64,000 nucleotides of DNA from Acanthaster planci (lineage: Eukaryota), in NCBI RefSeq assembly GCF_001949145.1, contig NW_019091359.1, forward strand, positions 3,014,861 through 3,078,860, read 5' to 3'. A program made the position numbers and the translations under genes. Below, piece by piece: positions 24,401 to 33,901 of this stretch. The notes beneath the pieces were generated by a model, which saw nothing but the letters and a program-made list of their open reading frames with translations, was not told the DNA's origin and ran no database searches. The stretch's first letter is position 1; each line of letters starts with the position of its first letter.

Positions 24401-27400
24401 GAGCATACAGTAGAATGTAAAGTGATAAACTTAGGCCCGGGTCTTCTCAAGCAACTGTGCTGAATTTTTGGTTAATGATGATCTAAATCTTGTCATCTTA
24501 TCATGTTGTCACAGTGTCAACAGGTTTGAAGTCAGAAGTTTGACACCCTACCAAAGACTACATCAGAACAAAAAAATAAGGCGCAAACTGTAACTTCAAT
24601 GAGTTGACAGTTTTTCAGCAAGAATTCCAAACTCAAAAAAACAGGAAACTAAAAGGGGAAAAAAACTTTCAATAACAACTTTACCATTCAGAAAAGGAAA
24701 GTCATTGTCATTTCAATTTGCCAGCACCTGGTATAAATAATCATTCTCCAATTATTCACCTTTTTCCCCTAATCCAAACTGCAGTGCATTGACAGCCAAC
24801 GTCCTCATGGTACAAAAATACAAATGATCCATATAAGGACTCCTTACCAATCAACTGTCAACGGAGTCCATGGGTTTGTTTACTAGGGGGCAAGACCCTT
24901 AACGCACATTGACTGTCAAGATGTCAGTGTTTTAAACACGCTGCCTTCACAAATAAGCAGCTGGAATCTCAGGAATTTTTTCTCTGCAGTTTCAAGATTT
25001 TTTACAATGCACTGTTGGCAACAGAAATACATGTACTTGCAGCATTGCCATAGTGTCTGTTGTGGGCTGGGACATGACCATCTTTTCCTAGCTTTGAGGC
25101 AGGTCAGTATTTTGTGAAAATAGTTCATCTTTCACCATCTTCACTCTAACAACGGAAAGGAAAAGTACAGCATTTGTGTTTTCTTTGGGAAATTTACATG
25201 TATTTATTTATTCTGATGGTATGCCCAAGGCAACAGTCAAGGAAATATGAATTTTTGGTCTGGGAGTAGCGTCAACTGATTAAATCTTACACTTGACAAG
25301 GGTAAGTTGATGTGTTTTTGATTACAGCCAGTCTTTTTGTCAAATTGGCATGTTCAGTAACACTACCGGGAAGTATGACTTCAGTTACATAAGTCTTCAA
25401 CCAAATTCCACTTTCTTAACCCTACAAGGGACCTTTTTTCACCTTCTCTTGTGAGGAGCAGATTGACCCCTGACCAAATTTATTTGGTCAGCATGTAAAG
25501 CCATCCATTGACGTTTCAATTCAATCCAACAAAGCATTTGTACTGTCAAATGGGAAAAGTTGGAAATTGTTGCCTGCATGCACCTGTCTTGGAAAAATGG
25601 ACTTATCTGAGGAACTGAAACCCATGTCAAACTTTCATTAAACTGACCATTCACAATCAATGGAAGAAGTCCAAGAGTCTTGCTGTAATGGTCTCAAGTT
25701 CTGCATTGTGACAGAGAAAAATGTGAATTTGTGTCTTCTTCTTTCCCTGTTCTTTTAAGGCCAGGGATGAGGAAGGATTTCACAACAACCCTAACCCTCA
25801 GGGTATGTGTAAAATCACGTTGTAATCAGAAGATTGAAGACCTTAAGGTTAAAGATCTACATGTATATGCAAGTCTTGTACAATCAGCATTTGTCAGATC
25901 CATTCTCAATGGGGTTTTTCCTGCTAGCAAAATTCTGACTTTGCACTGCTGCTCTGTGAAAAATACTTCCTTTTCTTCGTGTTGTGGATTGCTCCTGTTC
26001 AACCTCTTACTGATGTACAAGTACATATTCATGTACTTATGGTACATTGGGTTTCCCAAAAATATAACTTTTAGATTGCCTGCAATGCCTGCATGTATAA
26101 GTGACACTGTACACACTGGCAGCGGAAATGGGGGGGGGGACCAGTGACTCCCCCACTTTTTTCAACTACGGAGGAGGGGGCACGGCCCCCCTTTTTATGC
26201 AGGTCCTATAATAGGATAAGGCTTAATTGATTGGGCTATTACTGGCTAATGCCTGATAGTCTCACAAGTTCAAACTGTCCCTTTCTCTTTGAAAATCATT
26301 CTGCCGCCGTTGACTGTACATGGTTACATTCTTGCCTATAGATGTAATTTTAACGTTAACCGGTATGTACGAATACATACATGTGCCAGAATATTTACAT
26401 GTACATGTGTATGCACCTTGACAGTACGTTTACTTGTAGAAGTAAAGGCTATATTAATGTTACAGTTGCAAACAACGGTATGTGTTCTCCTAAGTCCATG
26501 TACATGTACGGCTACATCACTCTGCCATAAGATGTGCCATAAAATTGATTGTGGGTACATGCATTTTGCCTTAAGTACAACTGTATGAATGCGAGTAGCG
26601 GTTTTGACACGTTTGAGTACTTCATCAAGACTGCAACTCGTAATCTAATACTTAATGGTAAAACTATAACAAGACTGAACATTACTTTGCTACTACAAGT
26701 CGTGAGTATGAGTGTGTGAGTGATATGTACATGTACGTAAGATACAATGCATTTTATGAGTCTGAGTTTGCTATGAGTATAAGCAATACCTGAGTACAAT
26801 TACTCACTCTACATACAGTACATGTGGTGCTACCAGTAAAATGGCTGTACTGTAGTACCTGTAACATTGAGTTTTAAATTTCACACCGGTAGCTTACAAG
26901 TATTTGTAACGACACATTCAATAAGTAAACTGAATAGTGCGAGATCCTTGACTATGCTCATTATCTGAACCTCATCATAAAACTAATCAAGTCAAACCGA
27001 AACTGAAATATCCCACAAAACTTTATTTATGCATAACAAATATGAAAACTGAAACAACTACCTCAAGCTTCTATTGCAAGCTATGGTTTTATCTCAGGAA
27101 AAACAAAGATAAAGATAAGCTTATGTATGAAAGAAAGATTGAGTTTAAAATGACTGTTAACATACCGAACTGACTCGCACAGGAAGACAGGTACATGTAC
27201 ATTCTTGCTTCGTAGTAGTGAGGCAAATACATGACATTTCACCTGTGGGGACTGCAAACATTATGAGGACAGAGAAATGTCCCCAGTTGGTCCAGTGTTT
27301 GCATGTGCCCAGCATGTGCCACCGTCATTTTACATGTACAGAGTATTTCCTTCAACAACTCGTGTTTGCAGAGACAAGTTCTTATTTATGTCATGGAATA

Positions 27401-30400
27401 AGAACCATATTTTGGAGGACTGATGACAGGTGTGCGCTGCATGAACTTGGAGAAAATTGAGAAATTTGTCAACAATAGTTGGACTAGCCCAACTGCAGTA
27501 CTCTTAAATACTGTTCTAGTTATAGTTGGGGCAAATGCTATAGTTGGGGGGGAAACAGCACCATAGTGTTGGCATCTCCTTGGTATGAGCCGGATTTGGA
27601 ATTCATACAAACCATTGAGACAAGCAATTTTCAATTTTAACAGCAAATACCGTATACAATGCCAACCCTGTACAGGAAATAGCATTAATTGTGGTTACAC
27701 AACTGTAAAAATACTGTTGTCATGTCAAGTATTCCAATGTTATCAAGTACAGTTATCGTACATGTACATTAAATATGTGCTGTATACTGTGAGCGTGTAT
27801 CCTGTATGTGAACCTTGACAAGACTGCGGTTTCATATCAGCTCTTGCTGTGAGGTTCCATTTCCCTTTCCTGTTAATTGCATGGTGGCCAAATTGGTGCA
27901 GCGTACTCCCAACAGGTGCATTCAACTGTCATGTAAGCTCCAGGAAGAACTGTCTGTTGGAAAAACTGTGTAAATGTCCATGTAAAGTTCACGGCTTGTG
28001 TATGCAGGTACAAATGATGGAATATTTGGAGAAAACTTGCTTTTAGTGTCATGATGATGTGCAATCGTGGTTCTTTCAACAAGTACAAGTAATTGGCTAT
28101 GGTTAGACAAAGCACAGTGCTGGTTGTTTATCTGAAGTCCACCCGATTTAGGATGGAAAGCAAGCTACCTGCCACACTTGCTAAATGACTGCATGGCAGT
28201 GGAATGAACTGGCAGCTGACGTACATCAGGTTCAAGTGTCTTTCTTGACATGGATTTATTTGCCAGCGGGAAAAGGAAGGCAATAACACTTCCTCGGGGA
28301 TTCTTCGCCTCATGTAAGTTCAGCTCTGCCAGTGCTCATAACCTTGTGTCTCTCTTATTTTACCTTCAAGATGCTGTACATACATGTACATGTAGTCCAA
28401 TGACATACGTGTATGTACCAGAACATTTGCAGGTGGCTGGGTGTTTCATCAGTATACAAACTCTGCTCAAATGAGGTACATTTGTACATGTATCGTAAAT
28501 CTGTGCAGTGTTACACTGTAGACTACCGAAGTGTGACATCATACAGAACCTATAGGTGCTGTGCAAACAAATGAGGTCGTAGGTATGCATGTTGGTTCAC
28601 ATGCTACCATAGTTCTCACGCTGATACCTTTACACATGTACATGGTGTACATGTAGTTATGCACACGTTGTATTCACTTTGGTACTACTGAAATGTTCCG
28701 CATTAACATACATGTACATGTACCAGTACTTCCATAGAAGTCAGTGCTAACAAAAAGGGGCTTCAGCATTACATATGTAACAGGTACACACTTCAATATC
28801 TTTAAAGCAAACCTTCTCTGAAAGTCTCTGAAATCCAAGAGGCAGTTTTGAGGATTTTGGAGGACTGAGGCTAAATGACCACAAAATGTGGCTGTATGTG
28901 AAGGGTGTAGGCCTGCTGTGTCCTTTTCTAAGGTTACAACCTGCCCTTCATGCATAGTCCATGCCTTAATCCTCCATATTGCTCCAGGATACCAGCTGCA
29001 CTGCCTCAACATAATGAGAGGAATTGCAGGAGAATTTTGAAGAATTGAAGCAGATGTCACTCGTATCCAATTTTCTGATAGAGGCAATTGGAAGATTTTT
29101 AAGGACTGATGAAGATGCATCCAAGCCAAAAAAGCCTTGGGTTAGGGTAAATAAGGCTCATTAAACGTGCTAAGTTTGAGGTCTAAATGTAGGGCAATTC
29201 AATTTCCGAGGGTGAATTTTCTCCAACATTTTGTAGACTTTGAGAGTGAAGCCTACCCATTCAACTTTAAAGCAGTAGTCTAACTTTAGACAAGGATTCA
29301 CCTGTCAGTAGTCTGGTGGCACAACTATGGACAATGTAAATATTCACGTTTACATGTATATATATGTACTGGTACAGCAAGGACATGCGGGGTAAATTCT
29401 ATTTAAATCGAGAAAAAGAATCCAATCAAGGACATCCCAAAGTGGAAAACAATAGATATAACAGTGTGAACAAATGAGAACCGATGGAAAGTCCTCAAGT
29501 TTTGGACTCTGATACGGAGTACCAGTGAGTCCCATCAAATTTAAGATTAGCGGTACATGCACATGTACAAGTACCACATGTAAAGAAAGTACAGACGAGC
29601 ATGACGCCATTATGATTCTCTGATCAGATGTTGCTTTTGTAGAACTGAAGTGTAAAGAGTAACTGTCGAGCATTGCAGCAAACAGTTGAGGGTATAACCA
29701 CACACTGAGATCTGGGCCAGTGGTGCAAAATTTCATAGAGCTGCTTAAGCACAAAATTTGCTTAAGCGGGAAAAATTATGCTTAATAAACAAAGGTTACC
29801 AGCTCAAACTCTATCTGATTGTCATGCTAACTAAAAAACAGTTAAATACAATCCAAAAACAATATACATCACATGGAATTTTGGCTGGTTAACTGATTTA
29901 TCGAGCAAAGTTTTTTCACGCTTAAGCATATTTTGTGCTTAAGCAGCTCTATGAAATTGCTAAGGGTTAACAAAAGACAGTTAAAGCACCGGTAGATGTA
30001 CATGGTAGGCCTACACTTCTTGCAGAGTAGACAGCGAGTACATAAATGTACCTGTGTTAGGATAAAAAAAGACTGCATACAATCTGTGTACACAATTACC
30101 AGCACACATGTACCACGTGATAAATTTGGTAAATTTGAAAATAACCAAGTTGAACGAAGATCTTTCATCGCACACCTATCACTGCCTGATTGCCTGACAT
30201 CATGACCAGAAGGCGAAAAAAGGGTCCACAGACCACAAACAATTTAGAGAAGGACAGTAGAAAAGGAAAGAAAGCAAAAGGTGGATGGTGGATTTGGGGA
30301 TGTGTACAAGACAGACAAAAATGGAAGCAGAGCATGATGGCCTTATAAATGAATCACAATAGGAGGCTGAAGCAGGTAGAGCCATGACAGATGTCTATAT

Positions 30401-32094
30401 GCATTACCAGGAAAATGGACACTGCAAAACATGCTGCCAGTTATTTTTGTCAATTGATAACCTGCCATCATATCAAAAAGGATGTCATTCGTTTGTTTTA
30501 ACAGGTCAAGTCTTCAGACAAATGATGTACAGTTGCTTGTAGACATAAGCCATTCATTAATTCAAAGAAAAAAAAACACAGGTGATGTTTCATGAAGTGT
30601 ATTTATGGTATTTATAGGAACCGAGGAATTGTACAATTACCTAGGTATCAGTATCTTGTACACGTATGCAAGCTATTGATACCTAGGTAAATGTTCATTA
30701 CAATGTTATTCAAGCAAAAGGAAAACAGAATGTGCAGGTTTCTGAAACTATTTAGTCTTTTTTCTTGAAGGTCAATTGGCACTGGTAGATCTACAATTAG
30801 AATAGACAATTTTTAAAACCTTCATGTGTAAGCACGAAAAAAAAAGAGAATTACATGTAAAATGAAGTGCATAGTTTTTCTAGCATGTACAGTACGTGCA
30901 TTTTAATTTACTATAAAAAAATACCTCCATGGAACCGACATAATACAAAATAAAAGTCACCCTTCATGACCGTTTGAGCACATGGCAAAGTGGTAATGGC
31001 ACATGGCTCAAGAATCGAGTTCAATACCTGTCATGGGCATTTTGGAGTTTTTCTTCTCCAAAGAGTACATACCGTATGTACATGTATATCATCATAGTTG
31101 ATCATCTTTTTTATGGTTTCAAATGAAATCCTACATCATGTACATTAAATTGCAGGATATTTCATTTTTTTGTAATTTATGTTCACATGTGGGCCAAGCT
31201 GGGAATAAAACCTAATACTCCTCAGTCCTCCAACAGGTGAAGGATTGAGGAGTGTTAGGGTTAAACCCAGGCAGCAGAGGTGGAAGGCAAGGAAAAATTC
31301 ACTACACCAACTTAACTCCCTAAATTAGGGATCAATTTTCTTAGATCGATGCCTGGCTGAATCTTACAGTAATCACCTACCCACTGTAAGTAGCACATCG
31401 TGTAAACGGAATCCACATGTAGGGTAAGAGTAGGAATTTTCTATCAGGAGGAGAATTCGACCAACTGCATACAAAAAGCTACACAGCTGGTCAGATTTCT
31501 TGCTTTCCTTACCCTACACGTACATTGTAAATGTGGCTTGAGTAACTCCAGCCCTAATGCTCATGACATTGGGAAAACGTTGGGCTGAAGTTACCCACAT
31601 GACAAATCAAGGTCTGACTTGCTGACTCCGAGGTTCATTTAGAATTGAACTTGTTGAATAGCTTAAGGCCTAGAACTTTCCAGTAAAACTGTTCCAAATG
31701 GAAAGGGTCTAGTTTAAGGCCTACATTGTACACATACCGGTACCTGCACAAGACTAGGCCCTAGGGCTTTAATTGGATTGTGGACGGTTTACCACAACTG
31801 GACACAACCTCTCCCTGTCACGTAATCTCTATGTTTGAGAGTATTTCTGCGCCATTGGTGGAGTGATGAATTGTACATGTATCACTAGTATCGGGAAACA
31901 TCACACCAACCACGCACCGACTTAGGGTTTAGTTTGGGGCGTGGAGCTAGACATGTCTTCGGTAGCGCCAACAGCGTTACTTTCAGTTAAAGACTTATTT
32001 TGGATTGGATGATTTACCTAGCAGCTGATCGAAGAAGAACTTCAGGTGGACACCGGAAAGCAGCCATTGCAACCACAAAACCTCGCTGGAGCAT
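195..32094 (-). CDS. CRYZL2: Quinone oxidoreductase-like protein 2 homolog (zeta-crystallin/QOR, MDR superfamily). Spliced CDS join(32094-32018,6614-6449,6207-6111,5576-5518,5331-5263,3772-3663,2691-2610,1639-1458,423-195); final exon outside the window
   Basis: All exons have GT..AG boundaries with compatible phases. The joined translation shows QOR motifs GVNFAD..GQYQVKPPLPFTPGNEVAG, GDRV, LPVSYGTAW, GETVLVTAAAGGVG, DAVGG, EGRLVVIGFASGDIP and ANLLLVKN. Exon 1 is less certain than exons 2-9. Confidence 0.9.
1458..1639 (-). CDS. QOR-like exon 8 (VIGAAGGPEKCKLVSDKGAFATIDY...GANVIMDAVGGDVWKECLR)
   Basis: AG/GTAAGT boundaries, 182 nt. Confidence 0.95.
2610..2691 (-). CDS. QOR-like exon 7 (ETVLVTAAAGGVGLASVELASKVLGAK; NADPH-binding Rossmann motif)
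   Basis: AG/GT boundaries, 82 nt, AAGGVG motif. Confidence 0.95.
3663..3772 (-). CDS. QOR-like exon 6 (ELFQIPDSMGYEEAASLPVSYGTAWMGLTRRANTQPG)
   Basis: AG/GTGAGT boundaries, 110 nt. Confidence 0.95.
4856..5062. mobile_element. MITE, same family as 29729-29958, opposite orientation
   Basis: GGGCCAATTTCATAGAGCTGCTTAAGC left end. Internal AGCATGATAATCAGATAGAGTTTGAACTGGTAACCTTTGT is near-complementary to the other copy. The right TIR is partly deleted. Confidence 0.8.
5263..5331 (-). CDS. QOR-like exon 5 (GDRVIGLLAVGAGFSEECVAYEN)
   Basis: AG/GTGAGT boundaries, 69 nt, GDRV motif. Confidence 0.95.
5518..5576 (-). CDS. QOR-like exon 4 (GNEVAGEVLDIGEGVSSFKK)
   Basis: AG/GTGAG boundaries, 59 nt, GxExAG motif. 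Confidence 0.95.
6111..6207 (-). CDS. QOR-like exon 3 (VRVAIHTCGVNFADILTVAGQYQVKPPLPFTP)
   Basis: AG/GT boundaries, 97 nt, conserved QOR motif. Confidence 0.95.
6449..6614 (-). CDS. QOR-like exon 2 (..RHTHRAAVCNELGKPLTISQVPSPDSLSDGQ)
   Basis: Acceptor TTTTTCTCCAG, donor CAG|GTGAGC, 166 nt; RAAVC..LGKPL is a typical MDR N-terminus. Confidence 0.9.
6765..6922. repeat. Minisatellite with ~42-46-bp unit running into the gap at 6923-7665
   Basis: AGGGCACACAATACATGTACTG..GACAGCTGTTT.GATCTCAG repeated about 3.5 times. Confidence 0.9.
7727..7885 (+). mobile_element. tRNA-derived SINE, degenerate
   Basis: A-box-like TAGTGTATAATGG and B-box-like GGTTCCATTCC, followed by GGTTTTCCTCCCAC, which resembles the conserved core of V-type SINEs. 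Confidence 0.6.
9360..9522 (+). other. Orphan exon-like segment, copy A (MVRAIMRKAMRKAFSTPVNFLRRLS...FYDADVDEDDSEDNDET)
   Basis: Open frame from an ATG to a CAG|GTAGG donor; diverged paralogue at 14147-14346. Confidence 0.4.
10010..11680 (-). mobile_element. Decayed hAT-type DNA transposon with a BED zinc-finger remnant
   Basis: Clusters of GAGTCC/CCGAG subterminal repeats at 10010-10120 and 11530-11670; terminus CAGTGATGG at 11680 (minus strand). Minus-strand 10919-10745 reads MSLSQVIRFGF..AK*KF*..(frameshift)..NNFVRHLRSKHP. Confidence 0.65.
12365..12620. repeat. Long palindromic interspersed repeat (~205-bp inverted repeat, 12400-12605)
   Basis: Arms GAAATGAGTTTGCGGCTACACCATGGAATCA..GGTGTGGTTCTTAAAAGAACC and its complement; related copy at 59120-59288. 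Confidence 0.85.
14147..14346 (+). pseudogene. Orphan exon-like segment, copy B, with an apparent +1 frameshift in an A-run
   Basis: Aligns codon-wise to 9325-9524 and ends CAG|GTGAGA; one extra A in the run near 14268-14274. Confidence 0.4.
17279..17300. repeat. (AG)11 microsatellite
   Basis: Direct reading. Confidence 0.95.
17652..17748. repeat. 37-bp tandem repeat running into the gap at 17749-18002
   Basis: TCAAGTATCGCTGAGGAGCATCATTGACGTTATCATA repeated about 2.6 times. Confidence 0.9.
19543..20615 (-). mobile_element. 5'-truncated decayed LINE (CR1/L2-like), 3' part of ORF2
   Basis: Minus-strand remnants FYTDDT, YLGVKLDSPLSW, PCIDYNLTIWG..IQRLRNYAARV and SGPKLWNNLP..FKK, followed by an (AAAT)-like tail. 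Confidence 0.85.
23926..24246 (+). CDS. Nested intronless small ORF (106 aa) with MGNRLS start, CCHC-type knuckle and helical C-terminus
   Basis: ATCATGG start context, locally raised GC, CKHCGQLHRPWGCPA motif, AATAAA at 24358-24363. Confidence 0.55.
   Translation: MGNRLSQASFFSCKHCGQLHRPWGCPAQSSQTTKGRTPYRPSQPSITSGTNSTGIKETQSLDDLNEEKDASGGVEASKMTVVRSRIATLERILEMQGILSHNSADY
26114..26312. mobile_element. Degenerate G/C-run MITE
   Basis: CACTGGCAGCGGAA-G-run ... TTCTGCCGCCGTTG imperfect TIR; a similar end (C-run TTCCACTGCCAGTG) occurs near 34590-34610. Confidence 0.45.
29729..29958. mobile_element. MITE with 29-bp perfect terminal inverted repeats
   Basis: AATTTCATAGAGCTGCTTAAGCACAAAAT ... ATTTTGTGCTTAAGCAGCTCTATGAAATT; second copy at 4856-5062. 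Confidence 0.85.
30175..30380 (+). mobile_element. RTE-clade LINE 3' fragment
   Basis: Reads PEGEKRVHRPQTI*RRTVEKER then, in another frame, QDRQKWKQSMMAL, matching the RTE C-terminal GRPxxTWRRTVE..QDRxxW..AL pattern. Confidence 0.7.
31208..31264. repeat. 55-bp hairpin mini-element, copy 2
   Basis: Same arms and identical loop as 78-132; ends AGGG-TTAA. Confidence 0.8.
32018..32094 (-). CDS. QOR-like gene, putative coding exon 1 (MLQRGFVVAMAAFRCPPEVLLRSAA-R)
   Basis: ATG in AAAC-ATG context with an in-frame TAA 21 nt upstream; second in-frame ATG at 32067. Ends AG|GTAAAT (phase 2), matching the phase-2 start of exon 2. Lies in a CpG-rich region. Confidence 0.7.
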
Positions 32095-33297
32095 GTTTAC
32101 TCTGTCAGATATTTATCTAGGCCTATCGATATTTCATTTGGTTCCATGGCATATATGTAGTGTTAGATTACGCGAGTTGCGACAGCATGAAACTGCATAC
32201 TGCACGCGTCGAGCGGCCGGCTGGACGTTTGTTGTGGATGACGCCCTCTCTTGCTTGAACAGAAATCTAAAAAAAAAAAAGTTTGCGCTTCGACTGTGCT
32301 ATGGCTTTGTATGAAAAATGTAACGTTTCTGTTAATATTTTCAACCGTGACTGCGATAGTAATCTGCTCATTCGCTGGAATGGAAAAAAAATATTTGATG
32401 ACATACACGGTAGTACGTAATTCACACAACTGGACATTTGCCAGGGGTGCGATTTGTAGAAAATAATTTGCTGGGCAGCAATTGTGGAGTCAAATAAATT
32501 TTGGGTCAATAGTGAAACGTGACTTTTTGAATGAAACGGAGATCCCCTTGTCATTGGTAACTGATAAAGCCTGACCTAAGGTCAAGCATAGAAACTACTC
32601 AACTTCAAAATTACAAGTTGATTTTGTCCTAGGAATACCATTCTGGAATGTTGTTCTGTTATGTTTCTCTTGTTTCGAATTAGGATGCAGGTCAGGGAAT
32701 AAAGCAACAAGAGTAACTTTATTGTTTTTTTTTTCAGAATTGGAAAGAAAAACAAATTAGTGTTTTTCGACATTTTAATACTTCCACTTTTAAGCTGTTT
32801 TAAGAAGGCACAATATTGATTGAAAATCAGTTTCAAAATAGATGTTGATTTTCAAGTCTTTTTGAGATGAGGTTGCATTTTTTCTGTTTTTCTTGATACT
32901 GCCTTTATATAATCCTGTTTAAAGTCGCGAGTAATTTATAATTAAAGAAAAAGGACAGAAAGAAGACAAAAACGATTTTTCGGCCTTTTGTAGGCTTAAT
33001 ATCAAAGCAGGCAAACTTGAAAATTCTAGTACAGAAACATGACTTCAGATCTCCTGGCCGACGGTGTTCAAGCGTTTAATAATGACGTGCTGCTTCATAC
33101 TTCCGCGTTTGCGTGGGGTACGGCTACGGCCGGCCGGGCGTTAAAGTTCCGTGAGATGAGGTGTCAAAAGTTGATGGGTAATTCCAACACTCATACTTTT
33201 CCCGGGAAGTTGTTCAAAACAACGTTACAGCAAGGAAACAGAACAAGAAATAAACGATGCTGACCAGTTCTCCTTCCACTTCAGCCAAGTGTAAATC
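32095..33297. promoter_or_regulatory. Putative bidirectional promoter/5'UTR region between the divergent genes
   Basis: Divergent start codons 1.2 kb apart. CpG-rich ends contrast with CpG-poor introns. ACTTCCG (ETS-like, ~33099), TGACGT (~33082) and TCGCGA (~32925) motifs. Confidence 0.6.
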
Positions 33298-33901
33298 ATG
33301 GCCTCATCGTCACTCCCAGAGAAGACCGAAAGTGTGAATCTCTTGAAACAAAAATTTGAGGGAGATATCGCCCCAATCCCACAGACTAGGACAAGAAGCG
33401 GGTCTACTCTCTCGCCTCAGCGATACAGTCGTCACGTCGGCTCCTTCAAGTCGGTTAAGCCCCCTGCACGGCCCTTCGATCAAGCTGCTGGAGGAAGGCC
33501 TATTCCACCTATTCCTGGGCGAGCATCTGAGTCCTGTGCTGTAAAACAGAAGGTGTTTTCGCTGGAAGCAAGGGATTCTGCTGTTGGTAAACATGATAAA
33601 AGTGGAGACAAGCCCCACATTGCCACGAATTTGCAAAACCAACCTCATGTTATGTTCAAAAATGCAGCATCTGCTTCAACGATTCCGCAAGCTCCTATTA
33701 AGGGCCTTGGTTCAAAGCCAAGGTTACCTGCTAAGCCAGCCTTGCCTTCCAAACCTTCCTTGTCTTCCAAGTCGTTTTCTTCCAAATCGAAGCCGTTGTC
33801 TCCCAAACCGAAGTCTTCGGTGTATAATATCCGTATGCGGAGTTTCGAAACTGTCGTTGAAGCAGAGCCGGTTAATATCAAGAAAAAGAGCATTCAAAAA
33901 C
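33298..33901 (+). CDS. RhoGEF exon 1 (MASSSLPEKTESVNLLKQKFEG...KKKSIQK)
   Basis: Strong start context ATCATGG; Pro/Ser/Lys-rich ORF; donor C|GTGAGT (phase 1). Confidence 0.85.

Noticed and set aside
30978..31035. tRNA-like A/B box pattern
   Set aside because: Cannot fold a cloverleaf; at most a very decayed SINE head.
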